Virus record (IMG/VR): IMGVR_UViG_3300033516_000054
Location: 1 to 26,770 of that record
Source: a virus
Taxonomy: Duplodnaviria > Caudoviricetes
DNA: 26,770 nt
Reading direction: 5' to 3' (one strand)
Both the position numbers and the translations under genes were made by a program. Positions 1 through 7,401 of this stretch are shown here, piece by piece. The notes under the pieces were generated by a model that was not told where the DNA came from, did no database searches, and saw nothing but the letters and a program-made list of their open reading frames with translations. The number at the start of each line of letters is the position of its first letter. Positions within the stretch are counted from its first letter, which is position 1.

Positions 1-100
1 GGGTGGGTGGGACAACTGGGTTGACGGGGGTGGTGGTACCCTTAAGTCCCCCAGTTTTTGGAAATCCAATTTTTGAAATCTCTGTAACGTATGTTACGCA
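1..100. other. G-rich/T-tract non-coding region upstream of terminase genes; candidate packaging-initiation (pac/terminus) region
   Basis: GGGTGGGTGGGACAACTGGG (1-20), GGGGG (26-30), repeated TTTTTG(G)AAATC (55-66, 70-80) and near-palindrome GTAACGTATGTTAC (84-97). Lies directly before the putative terS. Function is inferred. Confidence 0.35.
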
Positions 101-110
101 CTAAAAAGAG

Positions 111-140
111 TTAGCATGTTTCACGTGAAACATCTATACT
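111..140 (+). promoter_or_regulatory. Putative sigma70-type promoter with parS in its spacer
   Basis: TTAGCA (111-116), 18-nt spacer, TATACT (135-140). Confidence 0.4.
117..132. promoter_or_regulatory. parS: parS centromere-like site (ParB/Spo0J binding), perfect consensus
   Basis: Exact 16-bp palindrome TGTTTCACGTGAAACA, the widely conserved chromosomal parS consensus; extends to 18 bp with A116/T133. Confidence 0.85.
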
Positions 141-162
141 GGCACCGCGTTCTCTCCTTTGA

Positions 163-191
163 ACCCCGCCTAATCCGTGGGGTCTTTTTTC
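163..191 (+). terminator. Intrinsic terminator-like hairpin immediately before terS
   Basis: ACCCCGC-CTAATCC-GTGGGGT followed by C and T7. Confidence 0.6.
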
Positions 192-192
192 A

Positions 193-591
193 ATGCAAGA
201 ACTTGACACCGCGCCGCAAACCGTAAAGCAACAGATCGCCGCTGCCGAAGCTGAGATACAGGAGATTCGCAGCCGACTGCGCTTACGACTCGCAAAAGAC
301 ATCCCTGAGGACATGAAAGAGTACCGTGATCTGGTAGACGGTACTGACGATCCTGACGACTTTAACAAGATGATCCGTCTGGAGATGGACTTACTTGGCT
401 GGGCCGCGAAGGACAAAGACAGCCAGCAGCAAACACTGCCGACATTCAACATCAACATTGACCTCTCCCGCACCGGAGGCAAAACGTTCATCGACGTGGA
501 CGCTGCCGAGGTGATTGCCACTGCAGGGATGCAGTTCACACCCAATCCAACGATAGTAGAGCTGCTCAACCTCGATATACCCGATGCTTGA
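193..591 (+). CDS. Putative terminase small subunit
   Basis: 132 aa directly upstream of and overlapping terL; helical N-part followed by a beta-strand-like FNINIDL segment. Called mainly by synteny. Confidence 0.6.
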   Translation: MQELDTAPQTVKQQIAAAEAEIQEIRSRLRLRLAKDIPEDMKEYRDLVDGTDDPDDFNKMIRLEMDLLGWAAKDKDSQQQTLPTFNINIDLSRTGGKTFIDVDAAEVIATAGMQFTPNPTIVELLNLDIPDA

Positions 592-2020
592 CTTCAAACC
601 ATCCCCGACGGCAGTGGAGTTCATGCTGTCAGAGAAGTACCTCAAACTGATCTGCGGCCCCGTTGGCGGAGGAAAGTCCACCGCTGCGCTCTTTGAGTGC
701 TTCCGACGCGCCAAGGCGCAGTCTCCGTTCAACGGGGTGCGCCGTACCAAGGTTGGAATCCTGCGAAATACGATGGCCCAGCTCAAGGCGACCGTCAAGC
801 CGCTCATAGACCAGTGGTTTGTGACTCTGGCCGGTGGACAGATGGGCCAGTGGCGTCTGACGGAGAATGTTTTTGAGATGAAGGGCATCTTGCCCGACGG
901 CACCACGCTGCACACCGAGTTCATGATGCTCGCCGCTGACTCCCCGGACGATGTGCGGCGGCTGCTCTCGCTTGAATTGAGCTTCGCGTGGGTGGAGGAG
1001 GCCCGGGAGGTGGACCCCGAGGTGTTCAGTGGACTTCAGGGTCGCGTGAACCGCTATCCGAGCCGCAAAATGGGCGGGGTTACGTGCCCCGGCGTCATCT
1101 GCTCGACCAACCCGCCGCCTCTGGGCGGGTTCTGGCATGAGTTCATGACCAATCCGACGGAGAAAACGGCTATTTTCATGCAGCCGTGTGCCCTGTTGGA
1201 CGACGGGCAGCTTAATCCTGATGCGGAGAATCTGGAGTACCTCGCCCCAGACTACTACGACAACCTCGTTTCGGGCAAAACAGAGGCTTGGATAGACGTT
1301 TACCTCAAGAACAAGTTTGGCCCGGGTGAATATGGCAACCCCGTCTACAAATCCAGCTTCAAAAGTAGCTTTCACGTAAGCAAGACGCCCCTCAAGGCGA
1401 TCATGCAGACCTTAAATCCGCTGATTATTGGCATGGATAACGGTCTGCAAGCTGCCGCAAGCATTGGGCAGCAGGATATGAGGGGTCGGGTGAACATATT
1501 GGGCGAGTGTTACGTGCCGTCTGACCAGACGATGGGGGTGGAAACGTACCTAGATAGGCTGTTAATACCGAAATTACGGGGTGATTTTGCTCAAATTCGG
1601 CCTGAAAACATCGTTTTTGTGGTCGATCCGGCGTGTTTTGTGCGCTCTCAGGTGGACGAAAAGACCATCGCACAGGCCATTTCTGCACGTGGTTTTAAGG
1701 TGATTCGGGCCACAACCAACGATCCAGAGCGTCGAATTGGGGCTGTGGAGGGGCTTTTGACCCGTCAAATCGACGGTGGCCCTGCGTTTTTGATTGATCC
1801 TAGCTGCACACACACCATAAACGGCTTTGAGTGGGGCTACCGGTTCAAGAAATCGACCGCTGCAACAGGGCCGACAGTGGCTGAGAAGAACCACTTCAGT
1901 CACTTGGCTGACGGGGTGCAGTACCTAGCGCTACACTACAACCTTGCACTGAACGGTGGCGGGTACAACCAGCGAAAAGCTGCGCAGCCCATAAGTCGAA
2001 CGAAGTATGTTTACGCGTAA
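584..2020 (+). CDS. terL: Terminase large subunit
   Basis: Walker A GPVGGGKST, Walker B FAWVEE, coupling motif STNP, RNase H-like nuclease acidic motifs (IGMDNG, VVDPA, HLADGVQY). Confidence 0.95.
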   Translation: MLDFKPSPTAVEFMLSEKYLKLICGPVGGGKSTAALFECFRRAKAQSPFNGVRRTKVGILRNTMAQLKATVKPLIDQWFVTLAGGQMGQWRLTENVFEMKGILPDGTTLHTEFMMLAADSPDDVRRLLSLELSFAWVEEAREVDPEVFSGLQGRVNRYPSRKMGGVTCPGVICSTNPPPLGGFWHEFMTNPTEKTAIFMQPCALLDDGQLNPDAENLEYLAPDYYDNLVSGKTEAWIDVYLKNKFGPGEYGNPVYKSSFKSSFHVSKTPLKAIMQTLNPLIIGMDNGLQAAASIGQQDMRGRVNILGECYVPSDQTMGVETYLDRLLIPKLRGDFAQIRPENIVFVVDPACFVRSQVDEKTIAQAISARGFKVIRATTNDPERRIGAVEGLLTRQIDGGPAFLIDPSCTHTINGFEWGYRFKKSTAATGPTVAEKNHFSHLADGVQYLALHYNLALNGGGYNQRKAAQPISRTKYVYA

Positions 2021-2023
2021 GCT
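2008..2023. promoter_or_regulatory. 16-bp palindromic motif copy 1 (TGTTTACGCGTAAGCT), contains terL stop
   Basis: Two mismatches to TGCTWACNNGTWAGCA. Confidence 0.6.
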
Positions 2024-2026
2024 TGT

Positions 2027-2239
2027 TTGGTGTACATTACGCAAATGACCATCACACGACTGTTCTTCCCAGCGATTCTTTTTCTGTTGGCGGTGCTAGT
2101 CTGGCCGATAGGTATTTCTGTACTGGCTGTTACGGTAGTGATGGACATCGGCCAGAAGCGAGACTGGCACCCCGTGGACATGATCGCGGCGGGCACTCTC
2201 GCAATGGCGTTTATTTTTTGGCTTGGAGTCGTACGTTGA
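2027..2239 (+). CDS. Small hydrophobic membrane protein, hypothetical (start uncertain; ATG at 2045 is an alternative)
   Basis: 70 aa with 2-3 hydrophobic segments; fills the gap after terL. Confidence 0.55.
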   Translation: MVYITQMTITRLFFPAILFLLAVLVWPIGISVLAVTVVMDIGQKRDWHPVDMIAAGTLAMAFIFWLGVVR

Positions 2240-2260
2240 CTCCCACACTAGGAGCTGTAA

Positions 2261-2509
2261 ATGGCTGATGTACCCGGTGGCGCTGGACGGCGCGTTCGAG
2301 TTGGAGCTGACGGAAGCAAGACTTACATGGGCTTCCACGATAAGACCGAAGCCGAGAGCGCTCCGTCATTGGCTCTACACCTTCTCGGCTTCGGTCAAGC
2401 CCGCGCAGCCGGTAAGGCGTTAGACCGCAAGCGCAATATTGACGATGGTACAGATGACCCGACTCGCGTAGAGTACGGCGGACATCGCGGCTCGTCCACA
2501 GGCCAGTAA
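2261..2509 (+). CDS. Hypothetical protein
   Basis: 82 aa with AGGAG Shine-Dalgarno upstream. Confidence 0.65.
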   Translation: MADVPGGAGRRVRVGADGSKTYMGFHDKTEAESAPSLALHLLGFGQARAAGKALDRKRNIDDGTDDPTRVEYGGHRGSSTGQ

Positions 2510-2525
2510 CACTTACACGTAAGCA
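2510..2525. promoter_or_regulatory. 16-bp palindromic motif copy 2 (CACTTACACGTAAGCA)
   Basis: Fills almost the whole gap between the stop at 2509 and the portal ATG at 2527. Confidence 0.65.
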
Positions 2526-2526
2526 C

Positions 2527-4695
2527 ATGCAGCCCTTCGGACTAACACCCCCCTCCGCAGGGAGTACGCCGCCTGCTGACCCGTTCCGCTTCAATACACC
2601 GTCCGGCAAAGCCCCACAATTAAATGTGGGTGGGTTTATGTCCATGAAGCCGCTCTCTACCCTGTTAGCCGAAGACGCTACGAAAGCGGCGGCAGAGCGG
2701 GCGCATGCTAACAGTCAGCAGCCGGTAGTGCAGGGTCTCGTTGAGCTTCTGCAAAAACACTGGAGCATGGCGAAACAGGCCAAGATGCAGGTTGAGCAGG
2801 AGATGCTGGAAGCCGTTCGCGCCAAGTCGGGGCGTTATTCCTCGGCTATGGAAGCCCAGCTCAAGCAGCAGGGCGGCTCTACCATCTACATGATGCTGTT
2901 CGCCACCAAGGCGCGGCAGGCTAAAGCGCTGCTAGGGGACATCATGGTGGGCTCCGGGTCCGAGAAGCCTTGGACCATATCCCCCAGCCCCAAGCCGGAA
3001 CTCCCGCCCGAGGAGATTGCCCAGATCATGCAGGGTGTTCAGTCCCTCGTGATGCAGGCCGAGATGGGCCCCACACCCATGCAGATTGACGAGATTCGCC
3101 AGTTGATGCGTGACGCCAAGGACCGCTTGGAAGACCAAGTTATGGTGCAGGCCCGGTTTGAGGCAGGACGGCTGGAAGACTCGTTGGAAGATACGCTGGT
3201 GGAGGGTAACTACCTTGAAGCCATGAACGACTTTATGGACGACATCACGACGTTCAAGACCGCGTTCATCAAGGGCCCCATCATCAGCAACAAGCCCAAG
3301 CTCAAGTGGGTACCCGGGCCGGATGGCAAGAGCACCGCGCAGGTGCAGACAGTTAAATGCCTCGACTGGGAGCGCGTTGACCCGTTCATGATGTACCCCG
3401 CTAGCTGGAGTAAGAACTGCGAAGACGGGTACCTGATCGAGCGCCACCGCCTGAGTCGCGGTTCCCTGAGCGCCATGATCGGCGTAGATGGTTACTCTGA
3501 GGATGCTATCCGCGCGGTACTCGATGCCCACGGTAACGGTGGCTTGACTGAGTGGCTGGCGATTGACTCCGCCAAAGAGAGCGCCGAGGGGCGCGACAGC
3601 GGAGCATCCCTGACAGGTAGCGAGCTGATCGACGCGTTGCAGTATTGGGGCTCGGTATCGGGCAAGATGCTGCGCGAGTGGGGCATGAAGGACATCACTG
3701 ACGACGCCAAAGAGTACCCCGTGGAGTGCTGGCTGATCGGTGAACACGTTATCAAGGCCATCATCAACCCCGACCCACTGGCCCGCCGTCCATACTATGC
3801 AGACGGTTACAACCGCATTCCCGGCGCGTTCTGGCACAACAGCCTGTACGACCTGATCCAAGACTGCGTGAACATGTGCAACGCCGCTGCGCGCGCACTG
3901 GCCAACAACCTCGGCATCTCGTCGGGCCCGCAGGTGGGGGTCAACATCGACCGCATCGCCCCGGGCGAGGACGTGTCAGAGCTGTTCCCTTGGAAAATCT
4001 GGCAGTTCAACAACGACCCGATGGGCAGTTCCGCTGCGCCTATATCGTTCTTCCAGCCGACAAGCAACGCTGCCGAGCTGATGGGCGTGTACGACAAGTT
4101 CAGCCTGATGGCCGACGAGTACAGCGGTATCCCGCGCTACATGACCGGAACCGAGGGCACACCGGGGGCGGGGCGCACAGCATCGGGCCTCTCCATGATG
4201 GTGGGTAACGCCAGCAAGGTCATCAAGTCGCTGGTATCCAGCCTTGACCTGCACATCACCACGCCCGTCCTGAACCGCCTGTTCGACTTCAAGATGCAGT
4301 ACGAGCCGGGGTTTGACTTCCGGGGTGACCTGAACATCGTAGCCCGTGGCGCGTTGAGCTTGCAGGTGAAAGAGGCGGCAACGCAGGCCCGCATGCAATT
4401 TTTACAGGCTACCGCAAACCCGATGGACATGCAGATTGTTGGCATCGAGGGCCGGGCGTCCGTCCTGCGCGAAGTTGCTCGCGGGCTCAACATGAACACC
4501 GACAGCGTTGTACCGAGCATCAGCGCATTCAAGCTCAAGCAGATGCAAGCCATGCAGGCCCAGATGCAACAAGCCGAGCTGCAGCAAGCACAAGGCCCGG
4601 CACCACAGAACGGCAACGGAGCAGGCCCGCAGTCAGGTCAAGTCCTGATGAACGGCGCGCCCCAGACCGATAACTTCAGCCCACAGCCAGCTTAG
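2527..4695 (+). CDS. Portal protein (podovirus type); start may be a later ATG (2638/2644)
   Basis: 722 aa after terL; ERVDPF, YLIERH and ADEYSGIPRY segments and a Gln-rich C-terminal coiled tail typical of podoviral portals. Confidence 0.9.
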   Translation: MQPFGLTPPSAGSTPPADPFRFNTPSGKAPQLNVGGFMSMKPLSTLLAEDATKAAAERAHANSQQPVVQGLVELLQKHWSMAKQAKMQVEQEMLEAVRAKSGRYSSAMEAQLKQQGGSTIYMMLFATKARQAKALLGDIMVGSGSEKPWTISPSPKPELPPEEIAQIMQGVQSLVMQAEMGPTPMQIDEIRQLMRDAKDRLEDQVMVQARFEAGRLEDSLEDTLVEGNYLEAMNDFMDDITTFKTAFIKGPIISNKPKLKWVPGPDGKSTAQVQTVKCLDWERVDPFMMYPASWSKNCEDGYLIERHRLSRGSLSAMIGVDGYSEDAIRAVLDAHGNGGLTEWLAIDSAKESAEGRDSGASLTGSELIDALQYWGSVSGKMLREWGMKDITDDAKEYPVECWLIGEHVIKAIINPDPLARRPYYADGYNRIPGAFWHNSLYDLIQDCVNMCNAAARALANNLGISSGPQVGVNIDRIAPGEDVSELFPWKIWQFNNDPMGSSAAPISFFQPTSNAAELMGVYDKFSLMADEYSGIPRYMTGTEGTPGAGRTASGLSMMVGNASKVIKSLVSSLDLHITTPVLNRLFDFKMQYEPGFDFRGDLNIVARGALSLQVKEAATQARMQFLQATANPMDMQIVGIEGRASVLREVARGLNMNTDSVVPSISAFKLKQMQAMQAQMQQAELQQAQGPAPQNGNGAGPQSGQVLMNGAPQTDNFSPQPA

Positions 4696-4703
4696 GAGTA
4701 ATC

Positions 4704-4847
4704 ATGGCAACAAAACCCGCGTTCTTGTTCAAGGGCAAAGAGTCCAAGAAGGAAGAAGCCGAGAAAAAAGCGTTCCCGGGCAAAGCCGCCTACAAAAAGG
4801 CCGAGGCTAAGTTTGAGAAAGAGACACCTAAGAAAGCCAAAAAATGA
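4704..4847 (+). CDS. 47-aa Lys/Glu/Ala-rich small protein (absent from the ORF track)
   Basis: AGGAG SD upstream; MATKPAFLFKGKESKKEEAEKKAFPGKAAYKKAEAKFEKETPKKAKK*; stop overlaps the next ATG (ATGA). Confidence 0.8.
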   Translation: MATKPAFLFKGKESKKEEAEKKAFPGKAAYKKAEAKFEKETPKKAKK

Positions 4848-5071
4848 CCCAAGAAGAAACATTCGTTAAAGAGGGTGCGTGGTTCCACTGCGCCCGCCTG
4901 ATCTACAAGAACCAAGATGTTGGCCTGCGTGGCGACGATGGTGTTGTGGTGCTTACCGACATTGGCAAGGAAATCTACGCCAAGCTGGCCGATATTACGG
5001 ATGTGGTTGTGAAGCCCGCCCGCAAGGCCAAAGCCACCGCTGAGATTTCTATTGAAGATATTCAGCCGTAA
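4844..5071 (+). CDS. Hypothetical protein
   Basis: 75 aa; ATGA-coupled to the upstream ORF; codon usage matches neighbours. Confidence 0.7.
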   Translation: MTQEETFVKEGAWFHCARLIYKNQDVGLRGDDGVVVLTDIGKEIYAKLADITDVVVKPARKAKATAEISIEDIQP

Positions 5072-5075
5072 CACT

Positions 5076-5091
5076 TGCTAACCCGTTAGCA
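5076..5091. promoter_or_regulatory. 16-bp palindromic motif copy 3 (TGCTAACCCGTTAGCA) overlapping a putative promoter
   Basis: Perfect 7-bp arms; TTGCTA (5075-5080), 17-nt spacer, TATATA (5098-5103) with extended -10 TG. Confidence 0.75.
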
Positions 5092-5110
5092 GTATGGTAT
5101 ATATCGCGTA

Positions 5111-5323
5111 ATGACAAAACCGGACGAGCTAGAACTGTTTGACTACCTCTCGCGCCAGCACAAGCTGAAGGAGTGGCTCAACTTCAAACTCTCCGGTGAC
5201 CTAAAAGTTTTGATGCAGTCCAACGACATTGACCAGTTGCGTAAGGCCCAAGGGCGAGCTGCGCTGCTGGAGTCGATGCTAAAGCTGATGGATGACGCGT
5301 CCACTGCCCTGAAAAAGCAGTAA
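5111..5323 (+). CDS. Small helical hypothetical protein between portal and scaffold
   Basis: 70 aa; ..LRKAQGRAALL..L pattern resembles small proteins found at this position in podovirus head modules. Confidence 0.75.
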   Translation: MTKPDELELFDYLSRQHKLKEWLNFKLSGDLKVLMQSNDIDQLRKAQGRAALLESMLKLMDDASTALKKQ

Positions 5324-5326
5324 AAC

Positions 5327-5360
5327 AAAAACCCCGAAGCGCGCCAACGCAACGGGGTCT
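5327..5360 (-). terminator. Hairpin with T-tract on the minus strand (possibly bidirectional terminator)
   Basis: AAAAACCCCG...GCGCCAACGC...CGGGGTCTT on the + strand. Confidence 0.45.
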
Positions 5361-5388
5361 TCTAATCAAAATCGTATGGAGGTACGAG

Positions 5389-5892
5389 ATGACTGAGCCA
5401 ATTTTAACCCCAGATGAGATACGTGAGTTGTTTAGCTACGACCCAGAGACGGGCTTGCTATCGTGGGCCAAGCAAGGCAGAGGCCGAGTAGTTGGAAAAC
5501 CACTAACCTGCCGCACGGTCGAAGGTTACGTGATCGTTAGGGTGCACGGTAGAGCGTACATGGCGCACAGACTTATATGGGCCCACGTCCACGGGGTATC
5601 GCCAACGCTGCAAATAGACCACATAAACCAGTGCAAGCACGACAACCGTAGTAGCAACTTACGTGAAGTTAGCGATAAGCAGAACCACGAGAATATAAGC
5701 CACAACCGCAACAACACATCCGGGCGGCGAGGTGTTTCGTGGAATACCGGAAGCGAGAAGTGGCAGGTTCACATCCGGCACCACCGAAAGAGCATAAATA
5801 TCGGGCTGTTTGACAATTTAGAGCAAGCCGCCGATGCGCGAGCCGCAGCCGAGCGAAAATATTTTTCACACAGACCACTTGCTAACGCGTAA
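5389..5892 (+). CDS. Free-standing HNH homing endonuclease with C-terminal AP2-like DNA-binding domain
   Basis: AHRLIW..IDHINQCKHDNRSSNLR HNH motif; NNTSGRRGVSW..KWQVHI..IGLF..AADAR AP2 motif; GGAGG SD. Confidence 0.92.
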   Translation: MTEPILTPDEIRELFSYDPETGLLSWAKQGRGRVVGKPLTCRTVEGYVIVRVHGRAYMAHRLIWAHVHGVSPTLQIDHINQCKHDNRSSNLREVSDKQNHENISHNRNNTSGRRGVSWNTGSEKWQVHIRHHRKSINIGLFDNLEQAADARAAAERKYFSHRPLANA

Positions 5893-5895
5893 GCA
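5880..5895. promoter_or_regulatory. 16-bp palindromic motif copy 4 (TGCTAACGCGTAAGCA), contains HNH stop
   Basis: Full consensus match; overlaps TTGCTA (5879-5884), 18-nt spacer, TATAAA (5903-5908) with extended -10 TG. Confidence 0.75.
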
Positions 5896-5951
5896 GATGT
5901 GCTATAAACCGATTTAACGGATAAGCCCTTAACTGGCCCCGATGTGTTTCC

Positions 5952-5970
5952 CCAGCGAAAGCTGGTTTTT
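5952..5970 (+). terminator. Short GNRA-loop hairpin with T5 in the scaffold leader
   Basis: CCAGC-GAAA-GCTGG-TTTTT. Confidence 0.5.
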
Positions 5971-6007
5971 AAACTGTCAAACCGCATAGCGGAACAGGAG
6001 TGTATTC

Positions 6008-6967
6008 ATGGGATTACCGACGCAAGTGCAAGCCGCACTGGACGCAGCAGACGCAACTTTAGCGGAGGCAAACGGGCAACCCCCGACCTCAACTGAGCAG
6101 GTGGAATCTGTACAAGACGGACCAGACCCTTTCACAGCGAGCAGTACCCCGGAACCGACCGCAGAAGTAGCCGCAAAGCCACCTGAGCCTACACCAGCAG
6201 ATGATGTATGGCGCGCTCGCTATAACTCGCTTCAGGGACTTTTTAACAAAGAAGTCCCGGCATTACAGCAGCAGGTAAAGAGTTTGCAGTCTGACCTGTC
6301 CGCAGCCGTAGATCGGCTCAACCGGGCATCAGAGCAAAGAGAGCAGCAGCCGCAGACGCCGGAGGTTTCAGCCAAAGATGTAGATAACTTTGGGGCGGAT
6401 TTAGTGGAAATGGTAAGCCGTGTTGCAAGCCAAGCGATTGGTAAAGCAGCACAAGCGTTTGACGCAAGGGCTAGACAGTTTGAGGGCCAGATTGCGCAGT
6501 TGCAAGACGCTCTGTATGGGACAACCCAGCAGGTCGCCATGACAGCCGAGCAGTCGTTCTTTGACCGTGTTAGCAAGTTAGTTCCTGAGTGGGAGAAGGT
6601 TAATACCGATCCGGCCTTTCTGGCTTGGTTGGCAGAGACAGACCCCGTGTATGGAATCAACCGTCAGGCAGCACTGAAGAAAGCACAGGACAGCCTTAAC
6701 GCTGACCACGCCGCCTCGGTGTTTATGGCCTACCTAGGACCGCGCAAACCCGCACCAAAAGGACCCGATCCTTTGGATAAACAAGTCAGCCCGAGAGGCG
6801 CTGCAACTGTTGCACCCGTTCAGGCGCAAGCCCAGACGATACGGCAGGCCGATATCACGAAGTTTTACGACGACATGCGTAGAGGCCAGTACCGGGGGAA
6901 CGAAGCAGAAGCAGCGCGGATTGAGCAAATTATCAACGCCGCCCTGAGCGAAGGTCGAGTAATGTAA
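6008..6967 (+). CDS. Capsid scaffolding protein (putative)
   Basis: 319 aa; acidic Pro-rich N-terminus, coiled coil (WRARYNSLQG...), C-terminal ..AALSEGRV; located upstream of the capsid gene. Confidence 0.8.
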   Translation: MGLPTQVQAALDAADATLAEANGQPPTSTEQVESVQDGPDPFTASSTPEPTAEVAAKPPEPTPADDVWRARYNSLQGLFNKEVPALQQQVKSLQSDLSAAVDRLNRASEQREQQPQTPEVSAKDVDNFGADLVEMVSRVASQAIGKAAQAFDARARQFEGQIAQLQDALYGTTQQVAMTAEQSFFDRVSKLVPEWEKVNTDPAFLAWLAETDPVYGINRQAALKKAQDSLNADHAASVFMAYLGPRKPAPKGPDPLDKQVSPRGAATVAPVQAQAQTIRQADITKFYDDMRRGQYRGNEAEAARIEQIINAALSEGRVM

Positions 6968-7006
6968 CTCACCAGACTAGGGGCGGTCAATTTGGAGTAA
7001 TTCAAA

Positions 7007-7375
7007 ATGGCAAACGTATCGTCCCTAGTCTCCGCCATCGGCGGACGCGAGACAGGTCTTACTGTCACGCAAACCACTGACACCCAAGCCGCTGCTATCG
7101 CAGGTTTCACCCTGCCCGGCATGGTCAACGTCATCACCACTATGGCTGCTAACAGCATGGGCGCTCTGCCTACGTTGCCTGCCGGCTCTATGGTTGTTGT
7201 CACTTCCACAGTGGCTACCCAGACCCTGAAGGTTTACCCCCCTGTTGGCGGAACTATCCAAGCTACCAACTCTGCCGGAACCGTGAACGCTGCCGTGACT
7301 ATGGCCGCTCAAGGTATGGCTGTGTTCTTGGCTACCGGTTCTACCAACGGTACCGACTACATCCGCATCGTCTAA
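7007..7375 (+). CDS. Putative capsid decoration/minor head protein
   Basis: 122 aa, Thr/Ala/Gly-rich beta protein (LKVYPPVGGTI); codon bias like the major capsid gene; GGAG SD. Confidence 0.55.
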   Translation: MANVSSLVSAIGGRETGLTVTQTTDTQAAAIAGFTLPGMVNVITTMAANSMGALPTLPAGSMVVVTSTVATQTLKVYPPVGGTIQATNSAGTVNAAVTMAAQGMAVFLATGSTNGTDYIRIV

Positions 7376-7401
7376 CCCCAACCACTTTTAGGAGCTAAAT
7401 C

